DNA of 32,000 nucleotides from Megasphaera elsdenii DSM 20460 (GTDB taxonomy: Bacteria > Bacillota > Negativicutes > Veillonellales > Megasphaeraceae), in contig NZ_CP027570.1 in NCBI RefSeq assembly GCF_003010495.1, forward strand, positions 2,430,001 to 2,462,000. The letters run 5' to 3'. A model generated the notes under the pieces. The model was not told the DNA's origin and did no database searches. It saw only the letters and a list, made by a program, of their open reading frames with translations. This document shows, piece by piece, positions 1-8,355 of the stretch. A program made the position numbers and the translations under genes. Within the stretch, counting starts at the first letter, position 1; every line of letters starts with the position of its first letter.

Positions 1-1458
1 AGCGTCCCGGTTATCGTAGTCCTCGCCTTCGAGGATGACGACGAATTCGTCGCCGCCGATGCGGTAAACCGGACTGTGCTTGTAAAGGCGGCAGACGGCC
101 CGACACAAAGTCTGCAAAGCGATGTTCCCTTTTTCATGACCAAAGCGGTCGTTGACTTCCTTGAGCTGGTTCAAATCGACCATGACTACGGCAAAGGCAG
201 CTTGGCCGGCGGAGATTTTCTGATTCAGGTCGTATACCTTCTTATCGTAAGCGGCAACGTTCTTCACAGACGTCAGTTCATCTTGATAGGCCTGTTTCTG
301 CATGGCGCCAACGTAGTTTCGCATCCGTTCCATCGTATCGTTCATGTGGCTGGCCAGGCTGCCGATTTCATCGTGACCGGTATAGGTCAGATGCTGGTCG
401 TATTCCCCGCGGCCCAGGCGGCGGGCAGCTGCGCTGATATCCTGCAAAGGACGGACGATGCGGTCGGCCGCCTTCACAGCTAGGATGGTCGAACCCAGGC
501 CGACGACGATTGTAATGGCCAGGACCAGGAAGATCATCGTCCGGCGGCCGGCGTAGATTTCATCGGCCGGCGCTGTAATGGCCAGTTTCATACCATTACG
601 AAAAGTGGTGAAGGCTAAGGCCATGGGTATGCCTTTATACTCGTAATGGATCAGCTTTTGTTCCGTTGCCGACCGCTGCAGCAGGTCACCGTTTTGGAGA
701 ATCATAAAATCCGGATTAAAATCAGGCTCAATGCCTTTGCCATCGGGATGGAAATAGACGGTCTGCCCATCTTTGAACAAAAAGCCATAGCCATCCTGAT
801 AGGCTTTCATGGCTCCGACGACGTCGCAGAGCACGTTGAAATCGATGTCGACGCCGGCGACGGCGACGAACTGGCCTTTGACGAAGATAGGCATGACATA
901 GGTAATCATACGGACGCCGTTATTACCATTGATATACGGTTCGAGCCATTGGGCCTGTTTCGTCCGCAAAGGCCGGTAATACCAGTTCGTCCGGTTCACG
1001 GCTTTTTCTCCATAGGCTTTGACCGGCGTAATCGGCTGAATCGTAAAATCGTAGCGCGAATTGCGGCGGGCATACCAGAAGCCGTCGGGCGTACCGGATA
1101 TATCTTCATTGTAGTGGAGATAATAACCCTGAACGCCGTCGATACCGCTGATGGCATTATAAAAAGACCGCCGGACCTTGTCTTCCAAGCGGTCCCGATA
1201 CGCTTTATCGCGCAGTTCCTGCGGGTCCTTGACTTCGTGTTCGATCGTGTTGCCGATGTAATGGACGATATCTTCAGACTGGATGAAAATGGGGTTCAAC
1301 GTCGTATAGACATGAGCTGCCTGACCATTGAGCGTCCTGGCGGCAATGATGGTTTCATCGTGATCGACGAGAATGACAGCGAGGGCGCCAAAGACCATGG
1401 ACAGCGTCAGCGACACGCCGCAGATGATAGTCAGGAATCGCGAGCGGATCGTCTGCAT
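1..1458 (-). CDS. Sensor diguanylate cyclase with a Cache-like extracytoplasmic domain, HAMP and GGDEF; the C-terminus runs off the window start
   Basis: Absent from the ORF track because its stop codon lies outside the window. My reverse-strand translation starts at ATG 1458 (GTG 1461 is an alternative), preceded by RBS GGAGAGGAGG. It gives MQTIRSRFLTIICGVSLTLSMVFGALAVILV (TM1), a roughly 270-aa extracytoplasmic region, TM2 MIFLVLAITIVVGLGSTIL, a HAMP-like stretch AVKAADRIVRPLQDISAAARRLGRGEYD, then SPVYRIGGDEFVVILEGEDYDNRDA ending in frame at position 1 (486 codons). The + ORFs 76..483 and 646..1518 are its antisense shadows. Confidence 0.8.
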   Translation of the reverse strand, partial: MQTIRSRFLTIICGVSLTLSMVFGALAVILVDHDETIIAARTLNGQAAHVYTTLNPIFIQSEDIVHYIGNTIEHEVKDPQELRDKAYRDRLEDKVRRSFYNAISGIDGVQGYYLHYNEDISGTPDGFWYARRNSRYDFTIQPITPVKAYGEKAVNRTNWYYRPLRTKQAQWLEPYINGNNGVRMITYVMPIFVKGQFVAVAGVDIDFNVLCDVVGAMKAYQDGYGFLFKDGQTVYFHPDGKGIEPDFNPDFMILQNGDLLQRSATEQKLIHYEYKGIPMALAFTTFRNGMKLAITAPADEIYAGRRTMIFLVLAITIVVGLGSTILAVKAADRIVRPLQDISAAARRLGRGEYDQHLTYTGHDEIGSLASHMNDTMERMRNYVGAMQKQAYQDELTSVKNVAAYDKKVYDLNQKISAGQAAFAVVMVDLNQLKEVNDRFGHEKGNIALQTLCRAVCRLYKHSPVYRIGGDEFVVILEGEDYDNRDA

Positions 1459-1517
1459 CACAACCGCCTCCTCTCCCTATGTCTACTATATATAGCTATC
1501 CGTAATACTTTGTATTA

Positions 1518-1546
1518 ATTATAGTATAAGACAGGCAGAAGTACAA
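1518..1546 (-). promoter_or_regulatory. Sigma-70-type promoter for the GGDEF gene
   Basis: The minus strand reads TTGTAC-17 nt-TATAAT (-35 at 1541..1546, -10 at 1518..1523), about 60 nt upstream of the start codon. Confidence 0.45.
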
Positions 1547-1585
1547 GCCATTTCTACGACACCTGTCCTGCCAGCCACGGTGCTG

Positions 1586-3025
1586 TCAGGGCTGATAGGA
1601 CAAGATGGAAAAGACTTCCCGATTTGGGTGGTGCGATTCTTCAAAATAAAGGGTCCGCTTCAGTTCCCGTTCCCATTCGGCTTTGCGCTTCTTATCCTTG
1701 AGCAGGGCCAGGACATCGGGATGCGCCTCGATGAGGACGTCGCCCTGCAGATGATGGCTCCCGGCCAGGTGGCGCAGGCGGCGGATAATCTGGATGGCCA
1801 CGGTTTCCGGCGAATAGAGGACGCCCGAACCGCCGCAGACATCGCAGGGGCTGAACTGGACCTGATAGAGGCTCTGGCGGGCCTTCTTGCGGGTAATTTC
1901 CACCAGATTCAGCGCCGTCATGCCCAGGACGCGGGTCTTGGTGCAATCCAGGGCCGTCTCGCGGGTTAGGATCTGCAAAATCTCGTCGCGTTTCGTCGGC
2001 TGGGCCATGTCGATGAAATCGATGATGATGATGCCGCCGATGTCGCGCAGGCGCAGCTGGCGGGCGATTTCTACGGCGGCTTCCTTGTTGACGTGGAAAA
2101 TCGTATCCTGCAAGGTCGAGCCGTTGCCTGTATACTTGCTGCTGTTGACGTCGATGACCGTCAGGGCTTCCGTATGGTCGATGACCAGATTGCCCCCTGA
2201 CGGCAGGGGCACGATGCGCGACATTAGGCCTTTCAGGCTGTCTTCGATGCCATAGTGTTCAAAAATAGGCGCGGCGCCTTCGTAAAAGCGGACGCGGCTG
2301 CGCCAGGCCGGATCCGGGAAGACCTGGCAGATCCGTTCATAAGCCTCGCGGCTGTCGACGACGACCTGCTTGACGTCGGCCGTAAAATGGTCGCGGATCA
2401 TGCGCATGACCAGGTCGGCTTCGCGATATAAGAGAGTCGGCTTGCGGGCCAGCTTATAGCGCTGGCAGATACTGTCCCAGGTCCCCAGGAGATACTTCAA
2501 GTCGCCTAAGAGTTCTTCCCGGGACACGCCTTTGGCGACGGTGCGGATGATGAGGCCCATGCCGGCAGGCTTGATTTCCGACACGATGCGGCGCAGGCGG
2601 TTGCGTTCTTCTTCGTCGCGGATTTTTTTAGAGACGCCGATATAATCGACCGTCGGCATGAGGACGGCATAACGGCCGGCCAGGCTGACATTGGTCGTGA
2701 CTTTGGGTCCTTTCATGCCCTGTTCGTCCTTGATGACCTGGACCAGGACCGACTGACCTATGGACAGGTGCATCTGCTGGATTTCCTCTTTCGACGCCGC
2801 CCGCGGGAACATATCGCCCATATAGATGAAAGCATTCTTGTGGCGGCCGATGTTGACGAAAGCGGCCTGCAGCGACGGCAGGATGTTCTGGATCGTCCCC
2901 TTGTAGATATGATTGACGATGTGCATGTCGTCATTGCGTTCGACGGCGAAATCGCGAAGACGGCCATCTTCCAGGATCGCCATGCGCGTTTCTTCTGGCA
3001 TGACATTGCCTATGATTGTTTTCAT
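1586..3025 (-). CDS. rng: Rne/Rng-family ribonuclease (RNase G)
   Basis: 479-aa ORF with an N-terminal S1-like segment (IYKGTIQNILPSLQAAFVNIG) followed by the RNase E/G catalytic core (GGIIIIDFIDM, TALNLVEITRKK). RBS AGGAGGAATGAG lies upstream of ATG 3025. Its position after the rodA/radical-SAM genes is typical for Firmicutes. Confidence 0.9.
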   Translation of the reverse strand: MKTIIGNVMPEETRMAILEDGRLRDFAVERNDDMHIVNHIYKGTIQNILPSLQAAFVNIGRHKNAFIYMGDMFPRAASKEEIQQMHLSIGQSVLVQVIKDEQGMKGPKVTTNVSLAGRYAVLMPTVDYIGVSKKIRDEEERNRLRRIVSEIKPAGMGLIIRTVAKGVSREELLGDLKYLLGTWDSICQRYKLARKPTLLYREADLVMRMIRDHFTADVKQVVVDSREAYERICQVFPDPAWRSRVRFYEGAAPIFEHYGIEDSLKGLMSRIVPLPSGGNLVIDHTEALTVIDVNSSKYTGNGSTLQDTIFHVNKEAAVEIARQLRLRDIGGIIIIDFIDMAQPTKRDEILQILTRETALDCTKTRVLGMTALNLVEITRKKARQSLYQVQFSPCDVCGGSGVLYSPETVAIQIIRRLRHLAGSHHLQGDVLIEAHPDVLALLKDKKRKAEWERELKRTLYFEESHHPNREVFSILSYQP

Positions 3026-3070
3026 CTTCTCATTCCTCCTGTGCGGACAAATTCATAACTCCGGCCCGGA

Positions 3071-3766
3071 TTATTTCACCAGCAAGACGGCGAAATAGCC
3101 CGTATCTTTGGCGTCGGCCGCTTTTTCATAAACCGTTTCTCCCGGCAGGCCGCAGCGCTCGATCATGGCCGTCTTGTCCAGGAGCTGCAAGTCCCGCAGC
3201 TCGTCCTGGATAGGGCCCAGTTTCCCGGACGGCTTCATGATGACCTTGCTGCCGTCCAGGGCCAGCAGGTCCCGGCGGTGCTTATGATTGCCGGGGATGA
3301 CGATGAGGGCCTCATCTTTTTCGCACAGCGGCTGCTGGAGCTCGGCTGCGACGGCACAGAAGCTGGGCACGCCGGGCACGATTTCCGTCGCATAGCCGGC
3401 CTGGCGGAGCAGGCGGTGGACGTAGATACTGGTCGCATAGACCGTCGGGCAGCCCAGGGTGATGAGGCAGACGTCGCGGCCTTCGTCGAGTTCGTCCATG
3501 AGGCGGCGCGCCGCTTTTTCATGAGCGCCCTTCAGGACCTGGTCGTCACGGGTCATGGGAAAATCCATGGCGATGACGGTCTTGTCGTCGATGGTAATGC
3601 CACAGCCGTCCAGGGCTTTCATGAGGATGCCCTGGGCCGTGACGACGCCTGTCCGGCTCTGGGGTACGGCCAGGACGGGACAGGTGCGGATGATTTTCAG
3701 CGCCTTCAGGGTCAGCAGTTCCGGATCGCCCGGGCCGACGCCGACGCAGTACAGTGTTCCTTTCAT
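3071..3766 (-). CDS. cbiL: Precorrin-2 / cobalt-factor II C20-methyltransferase-like protein (CbiL/CobI family, tetrapyrrole methylase fold)
   Basis: 231 aa. The N-terminus MKGTLYCVGVGPGDPELLTLKALKII and the later ITLGCPTVYATSIYV / IVPGVPSF blocks fit the TP-methylase fold. The length fits CbiL. ATG 3766 is only 6 nt from the upstream stop. Confidence 0.7.
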   Translation of the reverse strand: MKGTLYCVGVGPGDPELLTLKALKIIRTCPVLAVPQSRTGVVTAQGILMKALDGCGITIDDKTVIAMDFPMTRDDQVLKGAHEKAARRLMDELDEGRDVCLITLGCPTVYATSIYVHRLLRQAGYATEIVPGVPSFCAVAAELQQPLCEKDEALIVIPGNHKHRRDLLALDGSKVIMKPSGKLGPIQDELRDLQLLDKTAMIERCGLPGETVYEKAADAKDTGYFAVLLVK

Positions 3767-3772
3767 ATTATG

Positions 3773-4483
3773 TTATCCCTCGAATAATGAATATTTCTTG
3801 CCATCTTCCTTGCGGACGAAGATGCCCGTCCGGCGGGCCAGCATCATGTCCGTATGGATGGGCAGGCCAAATTCATGACCCAATATTTCCCAGACCTGGG
3901 ACGGCTTGATGGCCCCTTCGCCGGTCTGGTAGATGCCGACGGTCAAATAGACATTGCCCTCTTTGACGTTGCCGTGGACGGCTTCAACGACGTGCTGCTT
4001 GACGTCGATGGTCCGCACGCGGTGCTTGCCCTTATGGGATACTTTTTCATAGAGGACGCTGGGCGCGTCGTTGAACTTCGCCAGGATCTGATTGAGCCCG
4101 TCCTGGCTGAGGTCTTCCGTCAGCGGGCCGCGCAGGGTATAGACGGCGTAGTTGGCAATGGCCATCAACTTCGGCGCCTTGGCATCGACGTACTTGCCGT
4201 CGAGGACGGCAAAGCCGTTAGGCGACATGGCGTTCATCCGTTCCATGACGTCGGGGACAGGCAGTTTTTCCGCCAGTTCCATGTCGAGGTATTCCACATC
4301 GGCCGAGACGCCGACGCCCAGGGCGGAGGCGAAACTGAGCTTCATATGGGGATTGAAGCCTTCGGAATAACAGATGGGCAGCTTGGCCCGGATAATGACG
4401 TAGCGCACGGCCCGGGCAAAATCCAGGTGCGACAGGAACTGCAGGGCCCCGTCCTTCTTAACAGCTAAACGTAGTCTTTCCAT
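3773..4483 (-). CDS. TIGR03936 / DUF2344 radical-SAM-linked protein
   Basis: The family-typical N-terminus MERLRLAVKKDGALQFLSHLDFARAVRYVIIRAKLPICYSEGFNPHMKLSFASALGVG begins at ATG 4483, preceded by RBS GGAAGGGGA. The track ORF start at 4537 adds 18 non-conserved residues. The gene overlaps the upstream rSAM gene by 26 nt. Confidence 0.8.
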   Translation of the reverse strand: MERLRLAVKKDGALQFLSHLDFARAVRYVIIRAKLPICYSEGFNPHMKLSFASALGVGVSADVEYLDMELAEKLPVPDVMERMNAMSPNGFAVLDGKYVDAKAPKLMAIANYAVYTLRGPLTEDLSQDGLNQILAKFNDAPSVLYEKVSHKGKHRVRTIDVKQHVVEAVHGNVKEGNVYLTVGIYQTGEGAIKPSQVWEILGHEFGLPIHTDMMLARRTGIFVRKEDGKKYSLFEG

Positions 4484-6347
4484 GGTCGTCCCCTTCCTTT
4501 CTGTCGATGATGGATACGCCCAGGTGCGGGCAGACACCGCAGCCCGTACAGGGCAGGCGGCGGCAGTCGTGGGTCAGTTCAGCCACCGTGGCTTTCTGCC
4601 ATTCACGTTTCAAATAAGTCTTGGCAGCGCCGTTGCTCAGGTGGTCCCAGGGCAGGGCTTCGTCGAGGCTGCGCGTCCGGGCCGCGTAGTAATCGGGGTC
4701 GATGCCGGCCAAGTCGAAGGCCTTCATCCACATATCGTAATCGAACATTTCCGTCCAGCCGTCGAACTTGCAGCCCAATTTCCAGGCTTGGTAAAGGACT
4801 TTGCCCATACGGCGGTCGCCGCGGGCGAAGGTCGCTTCCAGGCGGCCCGTCTTGGCGTCGTGGTAGTGATAGGAAATGTGCTTGTCGTTGATAAGGCCCT
4901 TGATGTACTGCTGTTTCCGTTCGATTTCTTCGATGGGCAGCTGGCCGAACCACTGGAAGGCCGTGTGCGACTTGGGCACGAAGCTTGATACGGAAACCGT
5001 GACCTTGCCGTTGTTCTTGTGGGTCACTTTGCGGTACAAATTGAGGACCTTATAGGCCAAATCGGCAATGCCGGCCAGGTCTTCATCGGTTTCCGTCGGC
5101 AAGCCCATCATGAAGTAGAGCTTGACCGTGGACCAGCCGTTCTGGAAGGCATTTTCACAGGCTGCCAGCAAATCTTCTTCGGTGACGCCCTTGTTGATGA
5201 CGTCGCGCAGGCGCTGGGTCCCCGCTTCGGGCGCAAAGGTCAGGCCGCTCTTGCGGACCTGCTGGACCTTCTTGGCGATGTCGACGGAAAAGCTGTCGAC
5301 CCGCAGTGACGGCAGGCTGACGCTGACTTTCTGCCCCTTAAATTCATCCAGGAGCTGGTCGACCAGTTCCGGCAGGCACGAATAATCAGCCGAGCTGAGA
5401 CTCATGAGGGAAATTTCATTGTAACCGGAATTGGCGATGATCTGTTTGGCCAGGTCCGCCAGGTGTTCCGGCGATTTTTCCCGGACCGGCCGGTAAAGCA
5501 TGCCGGCCTGACAGAAACGGCAGCCCCGGCTGCAGCCGCGGAAGAGTTCCAGGACGGCCCGGTTGTGGACGATGTCGATGTTAGGGACGATAGGCTTGGT
5601 CGGGAAAAAGACGTGTTCCACATCGGAGACGACGCATTTCTCGATTTCTGCCGGTGCCCCCGGTTCGGTCACAGTCAGGCCCTGGAAATCGCCGTTGTCA
5701 TCGTAGTGGGCTTCATAGAAAGACGGCACGTAGTTGCCCGGCTGCTGGGAGAGCTGTTTCAACAGGCCCTTCTTTCCGCCAGGCTTCCCCTGCTCTTTCC
5801 AGGCGATGATCGTATCGGCCAGGACCTGCGTCGATTCTTCCGATTCGCCCAGGAAAAAGACGTCGATATAATCGGCTAAAGGTTCGGCGTTATAGGCACA
5901 GGGACCGCCGGCTGCCACCAGGGGCATATCGTCGCCGCGGTCTTTGGCAAAGAGCGGGATGCCGGCCAGGTCGAGCATGTTGAGGATGTTGGTGAAGCTC
6001 ATTTCGTACTGGAGGGTAAAGCCGACCATGTCGAAATCGCGGACAGGCGTCTTCGTTTCCAGGGAAAAGAGCGGATAGCCCTGACTGCGCATGACTTCTT
6101 CCATATCCGGCCAGGGCGCATAGACCCGTTCAGCCGCCACATCGGGCCGTTCATTGAGGAGCGCATAGAGGATGCGCAGCCCCAGGTGGCTCATGGCGAC
6201 TTCATAGACGTCAGGGAAACAATAAGCAACGGTCAGCTTGACGGCGTCGTGGTCTTTGACGACGCTGTTCCATTCGCCGCCGACATAACGGGCGGGCTTG
6301 CTGACTTTGCTCAATAAAATCGGATCGATCTCCACGGGATGTGACAA
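4458..6347 (-). CDS. TIGR03960-family B12-binding-domain radical SAM protein
   Basis: The ORF carries the CSRGCRFCQAG (CxxxCxxC) radical SAM motif and the family N-terminal block KPARYVGGEWN. The track start GTG 6365 has no RBS. AAGGAGG at 6356..6362 sits 8 nt upstream of TTG 6347, which I prefer as the start. The alternative span is 4458..6365. Confidence 0.85.
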   Translation of the reverse strand: MSHPVEIDPILLSKVSKPARYVGGEWNSVVKDHDAVKLTVAYCFPDVYEVAMSHLGLRILYALLNERPDVAAERVYAPWPDMEEVMRSQGYPLFSLETKTPVRDFDMVGFTLQYEMSFTNILNMLDLAGIPLFAKDRGDDMPLVAAGGPCAYNAEPLADYIDVFFLGESEESTQVLADTIIAWKEQGKPGGKKGLLKQLSQQPGNYVPSFYEAHYDDNGDFQGLTVTEPGAPAEIEKCVVSDVEHVFFPTKPIVPNIDIVHNRAVLELFRGCSRGCRFCQAGMLYRPVREKSPEHLADLAKQIIANSGYNEISLMSLSSADYSCLPELVDQLLDEFKGQKVSVSLPSLRVDSFSVDIAKKVQQVRKSGLTFAPEAGTQRLRDVINKGVTEEDLLAACENAFQNGWSTVKLYFMMGLPTETDEDLAGIADLAYKVLNLYRKVTHKNNGKVTVSVSSFVPKSHTAFQWFGQLPIEEIERKQQYIKGLINDKHISYHYHDAKTGRLEATFARGDRRMGKVLYQAWKLGCKFDGWTEMFDYDMWMKAFDLAGIDPDYYAARTRSLDEALPWDHLSNGAAKTYLKREWQKATVAELTHDCRRLPCTGCGVCPHLGVSIIDRKEGDDHGKTTFSC

Positions 6348-6371
6348 ATTAGTTTCCTCCTTCACGGCGGG

Positions 6372-7475
6372 TTAAAAAATCATCGTCTGTTGACGCATGT
6401 AAATACTCAGTAACAGGCCCAGGCCCATCATATTGGTCGTCAAGGCGCTGACACCGTAACTCATGAACGGCAGAGGAATCCCCGTGACCGGCATGATGCC
6501 GCAGGTCATGCCGACGTTGACCAGTATCTGGAAAGCCCACATGGACACGACGCCGGTCGCCAACATCATGCCGAAGCTGTCCTTGCAGTCCTTGGCGATC
6601 ATCAGGCCGCGATAGACGAGGATGAAATACAGGAACAAGAGAAAGACGCAACCCAAAAAGCCCAGTTCTTCACCGATGACGGAAAAGATGAAGTCCGTGT
6701 GGTTTTCCGGCAGGAAGTTCAGCTGGCTCTGGGTCCCCTGGAAGAGGCCCTTGCCAAAGAGCATGCCCGAACCGATGGCGATTTTGGACTGGATGATATG
6801 GTAACCGGCACCGAAGGGGTCGGCATTCGGATTGAGGAAGACCGTAATACGGGACTTCTGGTAATCCTTGAGAAAATGCCAGCCTACAGGCGCCAGGACG
6901 ACGCCGGCCAAAAAGACATTCCGCAAGAGGGACATCTTGATGCGGCCGACGAAGAGCATGCCAAAGGTAATGGCCAGGAAGACAAGACTCGTCCCCAAGT
7001 CAGGCTGTTTCAAGACAAGCAGGAACGGAATCCCGACATAGAGGCCGATGGGCAGGACCTGGCGCCACGTATTGAGCTGGCCTACGCGGTCGCTGAGGAT
7101 GGACGCCGTGCAGATGATCATGATGAGCTTGGAAAATTCCGACGGCTGCAGGGTAATCGGACCGAGCTGGATCCAGCGCTGGGCCCCCAGGGCCGACGTG
7201 CCGACGAACATGACGGCGACCAGCATGAGCAGGTTGATGATGTACAGGGGTTTTGCGTATTTTTTCAGCTTCGCATAGTCGAAGCGGCTGAAAAAGAGGA
7301 TGATCATCAAGTCGACGACGAAAGCCGCCCCCTGCTTGGCGACGAAGTCGTAATTGATGGCCCCTTTGTTGATATGCGTCGCACTGCCGATGATACACAG
7401 GCTGATGCAGACGATGAGGAAGCTCACGATGAGCAGGACTTTATCTAAGTTTTTCCATTCGCGTTGAATAAACAT
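6372..7475 (-). CDS. rodA: Rod shape-determining protein RodA (SEDS family peptidoglycan glycosyltransferase)
   Basis: 367-aa polytopic membrane protein with FtsW/RodA/SpoVE hallmarks (QPSEFSKL, KQPDLGT, LPENHTDFIFSVIGEELGF). RBS AGGAGAGAGAA precedes ATG 7475. Confidence 0.9.
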   Translation of the reverse strand: MFIQREWKNLDKVLLIVSFLIVCISLCIIGSATHINKGAINYDFVAKQGAAFVVDLMIILFFSRFDYAKLKKYAKPLYIINLLMLVAVMFVGTSALGAQRWIQLGPITLQPSEFSKLIMIICTASILSDRVGQLNTWRQVLPIGLYVGIPFLLVLKQPDLGTSLVFLAITFGMLFVGRIKMSLLRNVFLAGVVLAPVGWHFLKDYQKSRITVFLNPNADPFGAGYHIIQSKIAIGSGMLFGKGLFQGTQSQLNFLPENHTDFIFSVIGEELGFLGCVFLLFLYFILVYRGLMIAKDCKDSFGMMLATGVVSMWAFQILVNVGMTCGIMPVTGIPLPFMSYGVSALTTNMMGLGLLLSIYMRQQTMIF

Positions 7476-7484
7476 TTCTCTCTC

Positions 7485-8312
7485 CTATCGACGATAGTGG
7501 CGCCAATTCTGACATTCCTGACGACGGCGGCGCAGTGACAGGCCCGATGAAACAGGCCGGGCCAGCTGCTTCGGCAGTAAGGCCGTCAACGCGGCCGTGT
7601 CGATGGCCTGCCCCGTTTCCAGCCAGTCTGCCGTCGCCGACAAGGCCTGACAGAACGGCAGCGATTCCGATACGCTGGCAATCCGCCCTTCTCCGGCAGC
7701 CCGGTCGATGCCTTCATCATGCGGCAAGAGACCGGCGAGGTGGCCGGTCTGCAAGCACGATTGGGCCGTATCGGCGGTGATGAGGCCGTCGGCGTAAAAA
7801 TTATTGAGGATGACATCGTAGTGAAAACGCTTCTGCCGGTCGCAATACTGCATGAGCCTGGACACATCGCGCAGCGACGACGGCGACGGTCCGACGACGA
7901 ACAAGATGTCATCGGCCAGGGCCGTCGCCGCCTTATAGGCGCCATCGCGGCCAGGCGGGCAATCGATGAGCGTATAGTCATAAGAAGCAGATAGCGACTC
8001 CAGGACATACTGGTACGACGGGATATCGACCCGCTCCCAGGTCCGTTTCTGGCTGGCCGGCAGGAAATCCAGTCCCGGCACGACCGTCAACAGGGCCTGG
8101 CCGGGCAGGCACTTGCCCCGCGCCGCCTGGCTGGCATCGTAATGGATAGCGCCGTCCAGACCGAAGAGCAGGTCCAGGTTGCGCAGCCCCATATCAGCAT
8201 CGGCCGCCAGGACGCGATGGCCCCGGCGCTGCAAGAGGACGGACAGGGCCGCCGTGATCAAGGTCTTGCCGACGCCGCCCTTGCCGGAGGCGATGGCGAT
8301 GAGCTGGGACAT
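7485..8312 (-). CDS. MinD/ParA-family ATPase (divergent MinD-like)
   Basis: Carries the deviant Walker A IASGKGGVGKT, the MinD-type switch ADADMGLRNLDLL and Walker B YDYTLIDCPPG. It sits between mrdA and rodA, where minCDE normally lies. Confidence 0.8.
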   Translation of the reverse strand: MSQLIAIASGKGGVGKTLITAALSVLLQRRGHRVLAADADMGLRNLDLLFGLDGAIHYDASQAARGKCLPGQALLTVVPGLDFLPASQKRTWERVDIPSYQYVLESLSASYDYTLIDCPPGRDGAYKAATALADDILFVVGPSPSSLRDVSRLMQYCDRQKRFHYDVILNNFYADGLITADTAQSCLQTGHLAGLLPHDEGIDRAAGEGRIASVSESLPFCQALSATADWLETGQAIDTAALTALLPKQLARPVSSGLSLRRRRQECQNWRHYRR

Positions 8313-8355
8313 GAAATCACTTTCCTTTCTGATGGGATGCAGCCGTCACCGGCGC

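Noticed and set aside
76-1518. The + strand ORFs 76..483 and 646..1518.
   Set aside because: The opposite strand gives a continuous 486-codon Cache/HAMP/GGDEF protein with a good RBS and promoter. The + frames have no recognisable features.
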